DNA of 64,000 nt from Verrucomicrobiota bacterium (GTDB lineage: Bacteria > Verrucomicrobiota > Verrucomicrobiia > Limisphaerales > JANNEF01), in NCBI GenBank assembly GCA_031378375.1, contig JANNEF010000288.1, forward strand, positions 24,186-88,185. The letters are read 5' to 3'. Under the pieces are notes generated by a model. The model worked only from the letters and a program-made list of their open reading frames with translations, searched no databases and had not been told where the DNA came from. Positions 20,799-30,000 of this stretch are shown here, piece by piece. The position numbers and the translations under genes are program-made. The first letter of the stretch is position 1. Every line of letters starts with the position of its first letter.

Positions 20799-21635
20799 TC
20801 ATCGTTCGCCCATGCGAGCGCTGCGGATCTTGGCCACGATGCCGCCCACGAGCAGCAACGCGCCTAACGCGCAGACGATGGCCGCGCCCGTTGGCAGATC
20901 CAGTTGGTAGGAGGCATACAAGCCGCCGATGCCTCCCAGTGTGGCGGTTATCCAGCCCACCACCAGCGCCGCCCCGAGGGAACGCGTGAGGAGTGTGGCG
21001 CATACCGCCGGCACGATCAGATAGGAGAATGTCAGCAACACCCCGCCAATCTGCACGAAACTCGTCACCACCAGTCCAAACAGCGCGTAGAACAGAAAAT
21101 CCCACCGGCGCACTGCCACCCCCTCGGCCCGAGCCCGGTCTGGATCAAATGAGATGGCCAAAAACTGCTTCCGAAACAGGAGGTGAACGACGGCCACGAC
21201 CGCGTAGAGCGCGAACGATTTCCAGATCTGATCCCACGTCACGGTCAGCACATCGCCGACGAGGGTTTTCTTCAGTTCCTCGTTGCCTTCCGACGAGCGG
21301 CTCAACAGCAGGATGGCTGCGGCCGCCGCCACGACATAGACGATGCCGATGAGGGCTTCCTGCGGAACGCGGTGCGGCTTCGGCGTGCGGGTCAGGGTGA
21401 AGATGAGCGCGCCGATGAGGGTGAAACCCACCGACCACCAATAAGTATGCGCCTCGCGCGCGTCGTGGCCGAGCATCAGGCACAGGCAAATCCCCAGCGC
21501 CGACACCTGCGCGAGCGCCAGATCCACGAAAATAATTTCGCGCCGGATGATGTGGAGTCCGTAGTAAACCAGAATTCCGGGCAGCAACAGGCACGCGACC
21601 AGCGGCCATTTCATGACTGTGAAAGCGATATCCAT
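20799..21635 (-). CDS. znuB: Metal (Zn/Mn) ABC transporter permease, ABC-3 family
   Basis: 278 aa, 8-9 TM helices, typical ZnuB/MntB/TroCD-like sequence (IIFVDLALAQVSALG, FDPDRARAEGV). Confidence 0.85.
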   Translation of the reverse strand: MDIAFTVMKWPLVACLLLPGILVYYGLHIIRREIIFVDLALAQVSALGICLCLMLGHDAREAHTYWWSVGFTLIGALIFTLTRTPKPHRVPQEALIGIVYVVAAAAAILLLSRSSEGNEELKKTLVGDVLTVTWDQIWKSFALYAVVAVVHLLFRKQFLAISFDPDRARAEGVAVRRWDFLFYALFGLVVTSFVQIGGVLLTFSYLIVPAVCATLLTRSLGAALVVGWITATLGGIGGLYASYQLDLPTGAAIVCALGALLLVGGIVAKIRSARMGER

Positions 21636-21680
21636 GCGATGGTCGTTTAACCGGAGTCTCTGGTACGAGTGGTGTTCAAG

Positions 21681-22616
21681 TCAACGCGGAGACACAACTT
21701 GACTGGCTGCCGCCGTCGTCCCCCCGAACGCAACGGCCAGCGAACGAACCAGATGATCGAACAATTGCAGATAGCCGCCCTCGGTTCCTTTCACGCCACC
21801 GGGGAAGTGCGCCACGTCCAGGACCGTCGCCCCGGTGTTTCGCGCCACCGTCTCGGCGCTCCTCCGGTTCAGATACGGCTCAACAAAAATGACGCGGACT
21901 TTCTCCGCCTTCATCCGGGCGATGACTTCGGCCAGATGCGCCGGGGACGGCGGAATGCCCGGTTTGGGTTCGAGGAACAAATCAATCTTCACGCCGAAGC
22001 GATGGGCGAAGTAGGGCCAGGAGTCGTGGTAAGCCAGGATGCGCTGGCCGGCGAAAGGCGCGAGCAACTTCAGCCACTCGGCGAGGCGCACGTCCAACTG
22101 ACTGGAAAACTTTTTCAAGTTCGCGCGGAAGATCTCGCATGACCCGTCGTCCAGCGCGCAAAATGCCTCCGCGATGTTCCCGGCGACAATCTTCGCGTTC
22201 GCCGGATCCAGCAGATAATGCGGGTTGCCCGCCGCGTGAATGTCCCCTTTGGCCCGGTCCAGCGTGGCCGGCACGTCCAGAAAATGGATGCCCCGGCTGC
22301 ACACAACGCGCCCGGGCCCGCCGGCGTCCAGCTTCGGATTGCGCGCACCGGTGAGCAACGACGCCAGCCAGCCAGCCTCAAGTTCCGCGCCGCCCTCGAT
22401 CAGGGCATCCGCGCGATTCAGCTTCACGATGAAACTGGGTTTGGCGTCCACGAAATGCGGGTCCTCCGTGGGCCGCGCCAGCGTGGTCACTTCAACTTTG
22501 TCGCCGCCGATTTCGCGGGCGAGCGCGCCGAGGTCCGGCGTGGTCGCGACGACTTTGAGTTTTGCTTCGGCCAGAAACGGCGCCAAGCAGAGCAAAAATG
22601 TGAACAGTGATTTCAT
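21681..22616 (-). CDS. znuA: Periplasmic metal-binding protein (ZnuA/TroA family)
   Basis: Internal ATG gives MKSLFTFLLCLAPFLAEA signal peptide. KLKVVATTPDLGALAREIGGDKVEVTTLARPTEDPHFVDAKPS and DIHAAGNPHYLLDP metal-ligand motifs. Confidence 0.85.
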   Translation of the reverse strand: MKSLFTFLLCLAPFLAEAKLKVVATTPDLGALAREIGGDKVEVTTLARPTEDPHFVDAKPSFIVKLNRADALIEGGAELEAGWLASLLTGARNPKLDAGGPGRVVCSRGIHFLDVPATLDRAKGDIHAAGNPHYLLDPANAKIVAGNIAEAFCALDDGSCEIFRANLKKFSSQLDVRLAEWLKLLAPFAGQRILAYHDSWPYFAHRFGVKIDLFLEPKPGIPPSPAHLAEVIARMKAEKVRVIFVEPYLNRRSAETVARNTGATVLDVAHFPGGVKGTEGGYLQLFDHLVRSLAVAFGGTTAAASQVVSPR

Positions 22617-22620
22617 GTCA

Positions 22621-24081
22621 TTAAAATGGGTGTGCCCCGTGTGCGCCAAGCGAGAACTCCAATTGCACCCACACCGAATGTGCGATGCCAAAGTACTGGC
22701 CATGGTCATGGTTATATTGCAGCCGCACTTTGGAAAACTCGCTGATGAGCCACGTCAGATTCGGTGACACCCGCGAGCGGTCGCCGCGAAAAATATCCAT
22801 CGCATCGAACGCGCCCGTGCTGCCCGTGACGTATTCGCCGCGCAACCCGGCAATCCAGCGCGGTTTGAAGCCCCACATCACCTGCGAGTAAAACCCGTAG
22901 TCGCGCAGCGTCTCGGCGGGCAGCGGCATCACGGCCGGCAAATCCTCTCCCGCCTCGAAGCGGCGATACAGTGCCTCCGTCTGCCACGAGACGAACGGGA
23001 AGCCGCCGTGCGCCCGCGCCGGCTTCCATTTCCAGTAGGCGTCCGCGCCGTAAATCTGCGTCCGGCGGCCCGGCCCGGTATCGTTCGGCCCGAACGCGGC
23101 GGAAGCGCCCAGCACGAGCGTCTGCTGATCCGTCAACTCAAACGATGACGCGGCGCGCGGCACGAACAGCAGATCGCCCGGCCCGCGCAATTCGCGGTGT
23201 GTCGTCATGCGTCCGTGGAAACGGTCCACGCCTGCGGCGTCCGGTTCACCCGGATTGCGGAAACTAAACGCCTGCCCGCTCTGGCCGTTGAACACCCCGA
23301 GGAAAAGTTCCGAGTAGAACGGCGTCGGCGCGAGCCACGAAAGCTGGCCGCCGATGTTGCGCAAGCCGTCCGGCCCGAAAGCGCGGTTCAACACGAGCGG
23401 CTGATCCACGAACCCCCACGCGTGCGGGTGCTGCGGGTTCTGCCGTCCGAAGGCGGCGTAGAACTGTCCGCCCTTGAGTTGCAGGTTCGCCGGCAGCGAC
23501 GTGGATTGCAGGAACACTTCCTCCAGCTCGACTCCGGTGCCCTGGTCCTTATCGAGTTTGAACACGATGTTCGCCGCGCCCTTGAAGTACGGGTCCACCG
23601 CGCCGTCGAACGCAATCTCGGCGTTGCGCAGCAAGAAACCGCGCTGAATGGGATCGTGATCGCCCAGGTTCAACTGCGCCGACGGATCGGATGCGGTGGA
23701 CCAGCCGGCGTTGACGAGCGCACCAAAGCTGATGTTCATGTAGGCGGGGCCGGATCGGGCCAGCGTGATCGGCTGGCTGGCTGACCAAGGCGACTTTCCG
23801 GCAGCCGCCGCGCCGGAGACCGCCGGGGAAGTTCCCGACAGTCTGGCGGTGGCCGGTGGCGCAGCCGTCACGACTCCACCCTGACTTGCCTGCACCGCTT
23901 CGAGCCGGCGAAAGAGTCCGTTTATCACCTGTCGGTGTTGCTCGACCGCTTTCTCGAATGCTTCCTGTGACTGTCGGAGTTGCCGCTTGATGAGTTCCAC
24001 CTCATTGGTCGCCTGGGCTTGGAGCAATGTTACGCTCACACCCAGGGCAGCCGACCACCGAATCAGATTATTGGTTTTCAT
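22621..24081 (-). CDS. Outer-membrane beta-barrel porin (OprO/P-like) with an N-terminal coiled coil
   Basis: Signal peptide (MKTNNLIRWSAALGVSVTLLQAQA), a coiled-coil stretch, then alternating beta-strand sequence ending in an aromatic residue (…LEFSLGAHGAHPF). Stop lies 5 nt from the znuA start. Confidence 0.75.
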   Translation of the reverse strand: MKTNNLIRWSAALGVSVTLLQAQATNEVELIKRQLRQSQEAFEKAVEQHRQVINGLFRRLEAVQASQGGVVTAAPPATARLSGTSPAVSGAAAAGKSPWSASQPITLARSGPAYMNISFGALVNAGWSTASDPSAQLNLGDHDPIQRGFLLRNAEIAFDGAVDPYFKGAANIVFKLDKDQGTGVELEEVFLQSTSLPANLQLKGGQFYAAFGRQNPQHPHAWGFVDQPLVLNRAFGPDGLRNIGGQLSWLAPTPFYSELFLGVFNGQSGQAFSFRNPGEPDAAGVDRFHGRMTTHRELRGPGDLLFVPRAASSFELTDQQTLVLGASAAFGPNDTGPGRRTQIYGADAYWKWKPARAHGGFPFVSWQTEALYRRFEAGEDLPAVMPLPAETLRDYGFYSQVMWGFKPRWIAGLRGEYVTGSTGAFDAMDIFRGDRSRVSPNLTWLISEFSKVRLQYNHDHGQYFGIAHSVWVQLEFSLGAHGAHPF

Positions 24082-24231
24082 TTTTTCTTCAACTCGCGCC
24101 ACTGCTGGGCAACGGCGCAAAACTTCACTACTCATTTTCACGGAAGGAAATGGTTGTGAGCCGGAAGTTGACTGCCTTGAACCTGAACAGGAAGGCAGCG
24201 GGATCGAGAGTCCTGCGACCCGCTCCCGAAC

Positions 24232-24573
24232 TCACAACTGCGGGTGAAGAAAAAACAGCGGGGGCGCGCGGCTGGGAGCCAGCCGGACATCGGCGACGGC
24301 GGGAGCAACAAATTCAAACGGCACCCGCCAGCCCAAACCGACCGCCGCCACGACGAGCAGCACGCCACCCAGCACGCCACCGACCAGATGGCTTTTGCTG
24401 ATGAGGGTGACCACGCATTCGTGCCCGCCTGCGTCGGAGTCCTGATGCAGCCAGTGATGCAACGCCGGTGACGTCGCAAGGGCCGCGACGCCCAGCCATA
24501 AACCCAGCATCAGTCCGGCCACGGCCTTGCGGAGGGTGGCGTGCTGGCAATTGGCTCGAATTTTCGGCTGCAA
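24232..24573 (-). CDS. Small membrane protein with a His/Cys motif (LHHWLHQDSDAGGHEC)
   Basis: 113-aa ORF with two hydrophobic helices flanking SPALHHWLHQDSDAGGHECVVTL. First gene of the porin-znuA-znuB string. No family assignment possible by eye. Confidence 0.5.
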   Translation of the reverse strand: MQPKIRANCQHATLRKAVAGLMLGLWLGVAALATSPALHHWLHQDSDAGGHECVVTLISKSHLVGGVLGGVLLVVAAVGLGWRVPFEFVAPAVADVRLAPSRAPPLFFLHPQL

Positions 24574-24728
24574 GCGACCTCATCAAACAAGACTGCCGGG
24601 ACAATGCAACCCTGTATTTTTGCCGAAGCGAGTCAACTCACCTTGAAAGTCTCCGGGACGGGCGGCAGATGAGTCAGCCGCAATCCCCGTTTAGCCTCTT
24701 GGATTGCGGGAAACGAATTCGGTCAATA

Positions 24729-26270
24729 ATGTCCTGCGGAATGAAAGTGAAAGGCATTGTTTATCTCGTCGGCGCGGGACCGGGAGACGCGGGATTGCTG
24801 ACGTTGCGCGGCGCGGAGCTGCTCGGTCGCGCGGAGGTGGTGGTCTATGACACACTCGTCAATCCGGCACTGCTCCGACTGGCACCGCGCACGGCGGAGT
24901 TAATCTCCCGCGGCAAACGCGCCAGTGCCGAGGTGATGTCCCAAGCGGAGTTGAATGCGCTGATGATCGCGCGGGCACGCGCGGGCAAGTGCGTGGTGCG
25001 GCTCAAGGGCGGCGACCCCTACATCTTCGGACGCGGCGGCGAAGAGGCGGCGGAACTGGCGGCGGCGCGTATCCCGTTCGAGGTGGTGCCGGGCGTGTCG
25101 AGCATCGTGGCGGGACCAAATTACGCGGGCATTCCGCTGACACATCGGGAGCATTGTTCGAGCTTCACCGTGTTCACGGGGCACGACGATCCGGAGGCGT
25201 CGGAGACGGCTTTGCATTACGAGCAGATCGCCCACATTCCGGGCACGAAAGTGGTGCTGATGGGATTGAAGCGGCTGCGGGAGATGGCCGCGTCACTCGT
25301 GGCGCATGGATTGGCGGCGGACATGCCGATTGCGGTGGTGAGTTGGGGCACGACCGGGCGCCAGCAGTCGGTGGCAGGCACGCTCACCACCATCGCGGAT
25401 CTCGTGGCGGCGAAAAACTTTTCCGCACCCACGCTGGCGGTGATTGGCCAAGTGGTGACATTGCGGAAACACTTGAATTGGTTCGAACGACGACCGTTGT
25501 TCGGTCAGCGCATCGTGGTGACGCGGACGCGCGAACAGGCCGGTGAACTGGGAGGCCGGCTGTCGGATCTGGGTGCGGACGTGCTGGAGATTCCCACCAT
25601 CCGGCTCGCGCCGCCGGAAAAGAAGCAGCCGCTGGCGGACGCGCTGCTGACGATTGGCGAATATGAGTGGCTGATCTTCACCAGTCCCAACGGCGTGACG
25701 GCGTTCTTCGATTATTTTTTCAAGGCCTACGGCGACATGCGTTGCCTCGGCGGGGCGCGCATCGCGGCAGTGGGGCCGGGCACGGCGGCAAAGTTACAGG
25801 AGCTGCACTTGAAGGTGGACGTGATGCCGGAGGAATCCCTGTCGGTCAAGATCGCCAGCGCCCTGGCAAAGTTCGAGAGCATGGAAAATCTCAAACTCAT
25901 GCTCCCGCGCGCGGAAGTGGCCAACCCGGAACTGCCCCGCGCACTGGAAGCGCTGGGCGCAATCGTGGACGACATCCCCTGCTATCGCACCGTGCCGGAA
26001 ACCGAGGATCGCGACGGTGCGGCGGCGCGACTGCTGGCAGAGGGCGCGGATTGGATCACGTTCACAAGCGCCTCAACGGTGGAAAACTTCCATGCACGTT
26101 TTGACCTGCCGAAGCTGATCCAGCAATTCCCCCGAATGCAACTTGCGTCCATCGGGCCGGAGACGAGCAAGGCCATCGTCGCGCTGGGTTTGACCCCGGC
26201 GGTGGAAGCCAAGATGCATAATCTTGACGGATTGGTGCGGGTGTTGGAAGCCAACGCGAAGCCCGGGTGA
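24729..26270 (+). CDS. cobA: Uroporphyrinogen-III C-methyltransferase / uroporphyrinogen-III synthase fusion (CobA-HemD)
   Basis: Start chosen inside ORF 24468..26270 (MSCGMKVKGIVYLVGAGPGDAGLLTLRG). SAM-methyltransferase motifs GGDPYIFGRGGEE and VPGVSS. The C-terminal half is HemD-like (RIVVTRTREQAGEL..., LASIGPETS). Confidence 0.85.
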   Translation: MSCGMKVKGIVYLVGAGPGDAGLLTLRGAELLGRAEVVVYDTLVNPALLRLAPRTAELISRGKRASAEVMSQAELNALMIARARAGKCVVRLKGGDPYIFGRGGEEAAELAAARIPFEVVPGVSSIVAGPNYAGIPLTHREHCSSFTVFTGHDDPEASETALHYEQIAHIPGTKVVLMGLKRLREMAASLVAHGLAADMPIAVVSWGTTGRQQSVAGTLTTIADLVAAKNFSAPTLAVIGQVVTLRKHLNWFERRPLFGQRIVVTRTREQAGELGGRLSDLGADVLEIPTIRLAPPEKKQPLADALLTIGEYEWLIFTSPNGVTAFFDYFFKAYGDMRCLGGARIAAVGPGTAAKLQELHLKVDVMPEESLSVKIASALAKFESMENLKLMLPRAEVANPELPRALEALGAIVDDIPCYRTVPETEDRDGAAARLLAEGADWITFTSASTVENFHARFDLPKLIQQFPRMQLASIGPETSKAIVALGLTPAVEAKMHNLDGLVRVLEANAKPG

Positions 26271-26339
26271 ACCGGGGCACTCCGCCAGCCTGGGCGGAAA
26301 TTGATGCGATGCCGCCGGCGCAACGGCACGCGGACTTCC

Positions 26340-26765
26340 TTACTTGCCGCTGCCGGACTCGATCTGATGTTTCACCGCATCCAGCACGGATTGAACTCTC
26401 CGGTAAGCTTTGGCGGAAGCGTCGCTTTCGTGGGCCGTTTCAATGACCACCGCGAAGACACTCGAGATCGGACGTTCAGCAGTGCCCAGTTGGAGCATCG
26501 TGAAATGAACCCGCTTGAAGGGTGCCCCGTCGGCCGCCGGATAAAGCCCGGTGGTGCCATCTCGTTCGAAAGCCAAAACCATCGGGTCAGAACCGCGCGA
26601 GACGTAACCCTGCTTGAGCATTTCACCGACGAGCGCGCGTTTGACCTGCTCAGTCGTAACGCCGGAGATGATCACTTCGGGCCGATTGGCAGCGGTGTGA
26701 GTGGGCTGCGTGGCGCATCCGGCCAGCAGGGCGAAAGCAACCGTTACTGTGAAGAAGGTTTTCAT
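26340..26765 (-). CDS. Lipoprotein, function unknown
   Basis: Internal ATG gives MKTFFTVTVAFALLAGC (lipobox). 141 aa. Confidence 0.65.
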   Translation of the reverse strand: MKTFFTVTVAFALLAGCATQPTHTAANRPEVIISGVTTEQVKRALVGEMLKQGYVSRGSDPMVLAFERDGTTGLYPAADGAPFKRVHFTMLQLGTAERPISSVFAVVIETAHESDASAKAYRRVQSVLDAVKHQIESGSGK

Positions 26766-27009
26766 CGTCGGATCATTACCAGTCAAGCGGCCACTGAACA
26801 CCCGCAAACGCATGGACAGCGCGATGAGTTTCGACCCCAAGGTCGATTGTACCCCAATCGACTTTCAGTCCCTGCTCTCCGGTGCTCGGAGTTGCTGCGT
26901 GTACACTACCCATGCCCCACAAATAGGGCGCGAACCCATCGGGTGCAATCAATTTCTGACACCCTACCAGTAGCCGCCGGAAAGGAACTCTGCACAAACT
27001 GGCAGCGGA

Positions 27010-30000
27010 TCACGGCACCTTGGTGCCAGTGTTCGTCCTGACAATGGACAGCCGACTTTCTTGCAGAAGCCTCCCGCCTTCGTCCACACCCCGCACGACG
27101 AAGACATTCGTGCCGGGCGACACGGGCACGTCCGCAAATTTCCACGTTTGAACATCCTTCCACTCCGGTTTCGCCTTGGGCTGTGGCGCCAGTTCCAGTG
27201 TGTAAATGGTGCAGGGTGCCATGCCCGTCAGCGTGACCGTGTGGTTGGTGACCGTGTTCGCCGTGTTCACGGGATTGATTTTGAACACGGCTTTGTAGCT
27301 CGCGCCCAGTTCACGCAGCACGGCGGCTTCGCGGTTGTTGCACCAGTTCAGGTAAACGGACGGGTTGGGCGAATACGAATTGCTCGCGTCTTCGTCCGCT
27401 TGTAACCACGCCTGGAAGCGCGCGGAGTTCTTTGTGTAACGCTCGTGCAACTCGGCGAGATAGTAGTTGAACAAGCGCCGGATGTGCGGCCGTTCCAGCC
27501 AGCCTTGCACGCGCCCGCCGTAGAAGCCGGAGTTGGCATCGCCCAGCGCGAGGTCGCTGTCCCATTGAAGGAACTGGAACTTCCCGTCCGTCGCGCGCTG
27601 GAAGAAGAACGCGTTCTTCCCCCGCCCCATCGTGAAGGTGTCCCAGTCGGCGATGTAGCCGCGCACCACCGTGTATTTCAGCACGGCGTCCACGTCGAGG
27701 AGTTGATCCACGTCGGTGAACTTGCCGGCGGAGATCGTTTTGAAGAATGCGATGAGGTCGGTGAAGTCGTCTTCGGTCTCGTTGCTGCGCTTCATCCATT
27801 CGGTGCGGTAGCGGCCCGGATTATCGCTGCCCTTGTAGCCGAAGTCGGCGTCGCGCTGATCGCGGTCCCAGTTGTCGGTAAACCACCACTCGTCATCAAT
27901 GCGATAAAGCTGGCCCTTGCTGCCGTAGGCGAAATTCCGGTTGAGCAGATCGTTGTGGACCGGCTCGGTGTCTTCGCGCAGGTCAATGCCGAAGTTGTTG
28001 ACGACGACGCGGATGATTTCATTTTCGCCGACGGGATGGCCGAGGAGGTAAAGCCAGTAGCGGGTGACACGGTTGTGGAAGTTGCCGCCTGCCGGATCGT
28101 TGTCGTAGTAAAAATGCTCGTGCGAGCGGAAGCGGCGGTCGTTAGGCAGCTTGAACTTGGGCCGGTCCAATCCGCCGCCGCGCGTCCACGGGCTGCCGCT
28201 GTTGCGGATTTCGCCACCGTAGTAAATCTCCTCCTCGTTCGTGATGAACGTGCTGTTGAAGTAATGGTTCGAGTGGCGCGGGTACTTGAACCCGTGCCGG
28301 GGCGTGTTGCCATCGGCGATGGCGTTGAGGTCGCGCGCGGAAACGATGAACCGCGTCGTCCGCAAGTCGAGCGGCACGGCGCGGTCGTCCACCACGTACA
28401 GCGCGGGCCGCACCGCGCCGCCGCGGGGCAGCAGGCAGGACTGGCCGTTCGTCGCCGTGGCTTGGACGAAGAACTGGATGACCTGTCCGCTGTTCCGGCG
28501 CGGAAGCTCGCCCGTGAAAATGGCGTCGCCCGCCATCGCGTCGCCTGCCAACCCGTCATCGCGCATGGCTGTGTTGGTCCAGACGCCGTCGGCCTTGTCG
28601 TTGTCCAACCGGTGAAAGACCTGCACCGACGTCAGCGGTGCGATGGAGAAAACCTTCGCGGTGACGGCCACGGTATTGGTCGAGCGCGGCACGGCCGGGC
28701 TGTGCGACAGGCTGCCCACTTGGGGCGGAGGCACGGCGATGAAGCGTGAATTCACCGCGCCCGGCGAGCCGAGGTTCTGTGGCACCTGGACGAGGAACGA
28801 GCCGGCGATGCTGTGTTCCCACGTCTGCGCGATCAGGCGCGGTTTGCCGGACACCCAGAGCGCGTTGAACTTCAATTCGCATGTCTCGCCCTTGGTCATC
28901 CCCGTCACGTCAATTTCCACGCGGTTGGCCCGACTGTCGCCGTGCCCGTCGGAAACGATGTGCAACTGGCCGTTGGTGATGAAACTTTGCGCATGATTGC
29001 CCTGGGCCAGCCAGCCTTTGACGCTCGCGCCGTCTTCTGACATCCGCCCCCCGTTGAGGACGTAATTCTTGTCCGAACCTTTTTTGCCGAACCAGATGTT
29101 CTCCAACACGACATGTCCGTCGCCCACGAGATGAAAGTGCAGTTCCTTGAAATCCGAGGGCGCGCCTTTGACGTGCAGTTCCTCGTACTTGCCCTCGCAG
29201 GAATACGCGTGCGGTGACGCTTTGCCGCGCTCGTCGCTGTCACGCCAGGCCGAGGCGCGCGAGTTATCCATCCCTGGATTGATTAGCTCCATGCTGCTGC
29301 CCAGGCCGGCGGCCAACTCCGGCCAGTCGCCGCCGGAGTGGTATTCCACCTGGTTGACCAGATTGCCCGCGCGGTCCACGAGCCGAATCAATTCACCGCC
29401 ATGACTGAGCTTGCCTTTGAAATTCCCCACCAGCGGCAGGTTGCCGCAGGCCGCGCGCAGGCGATTGGTATCCGCCGCGATGACGAGGTAGCTGCCGGCC
29501 GCAAGCTTCACGCCGTTCGGAAACTTGAACTGCACGGCTTCCTCGAACTGCCAGCCGGAGAGGTCCACCGGCTTCTTCCCGCGATTGAACAGCTCGATGA
29601 ACTGACTGGCATTCGTCAGCGCGGATGGTGGGTCGAACATAATTTCGTTGATCACGATGTCCGTATTGTGCGGCGGGTTGTTGGTCTCATTGCGACTGGG
29701 CTTGCTCGCCGAAAACCATTCACCGCCACCGTCGGGAAACGCCTGCCAGCACTCGCCAGACACGGGCGGGGTGAAGACCCGGCCATCCAGCACCACGCCC
29801 GCCGCGTTCACCACGTAGAGCGTGACCTCTCTGTCTCGGACTGGAAACGAAACGTTCCAACTGGCGCAACCTCCGGCCGCCAACGGCGCGTTCAACGGCT
29901 CCTTGTCCGAAAAATCCCGCCGCGATGACAGGAACAACCCCTGCGTCGTGCCGCCGGTTCTCAGCGGATTGAACAACTCAACCCAATCCACCTTGTCCTT

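Noticed and set aside
27445-28749. 434-aa plus-strand ORF inside LTD-CotH B.
   Set aside because: Antisense shadow ORF.
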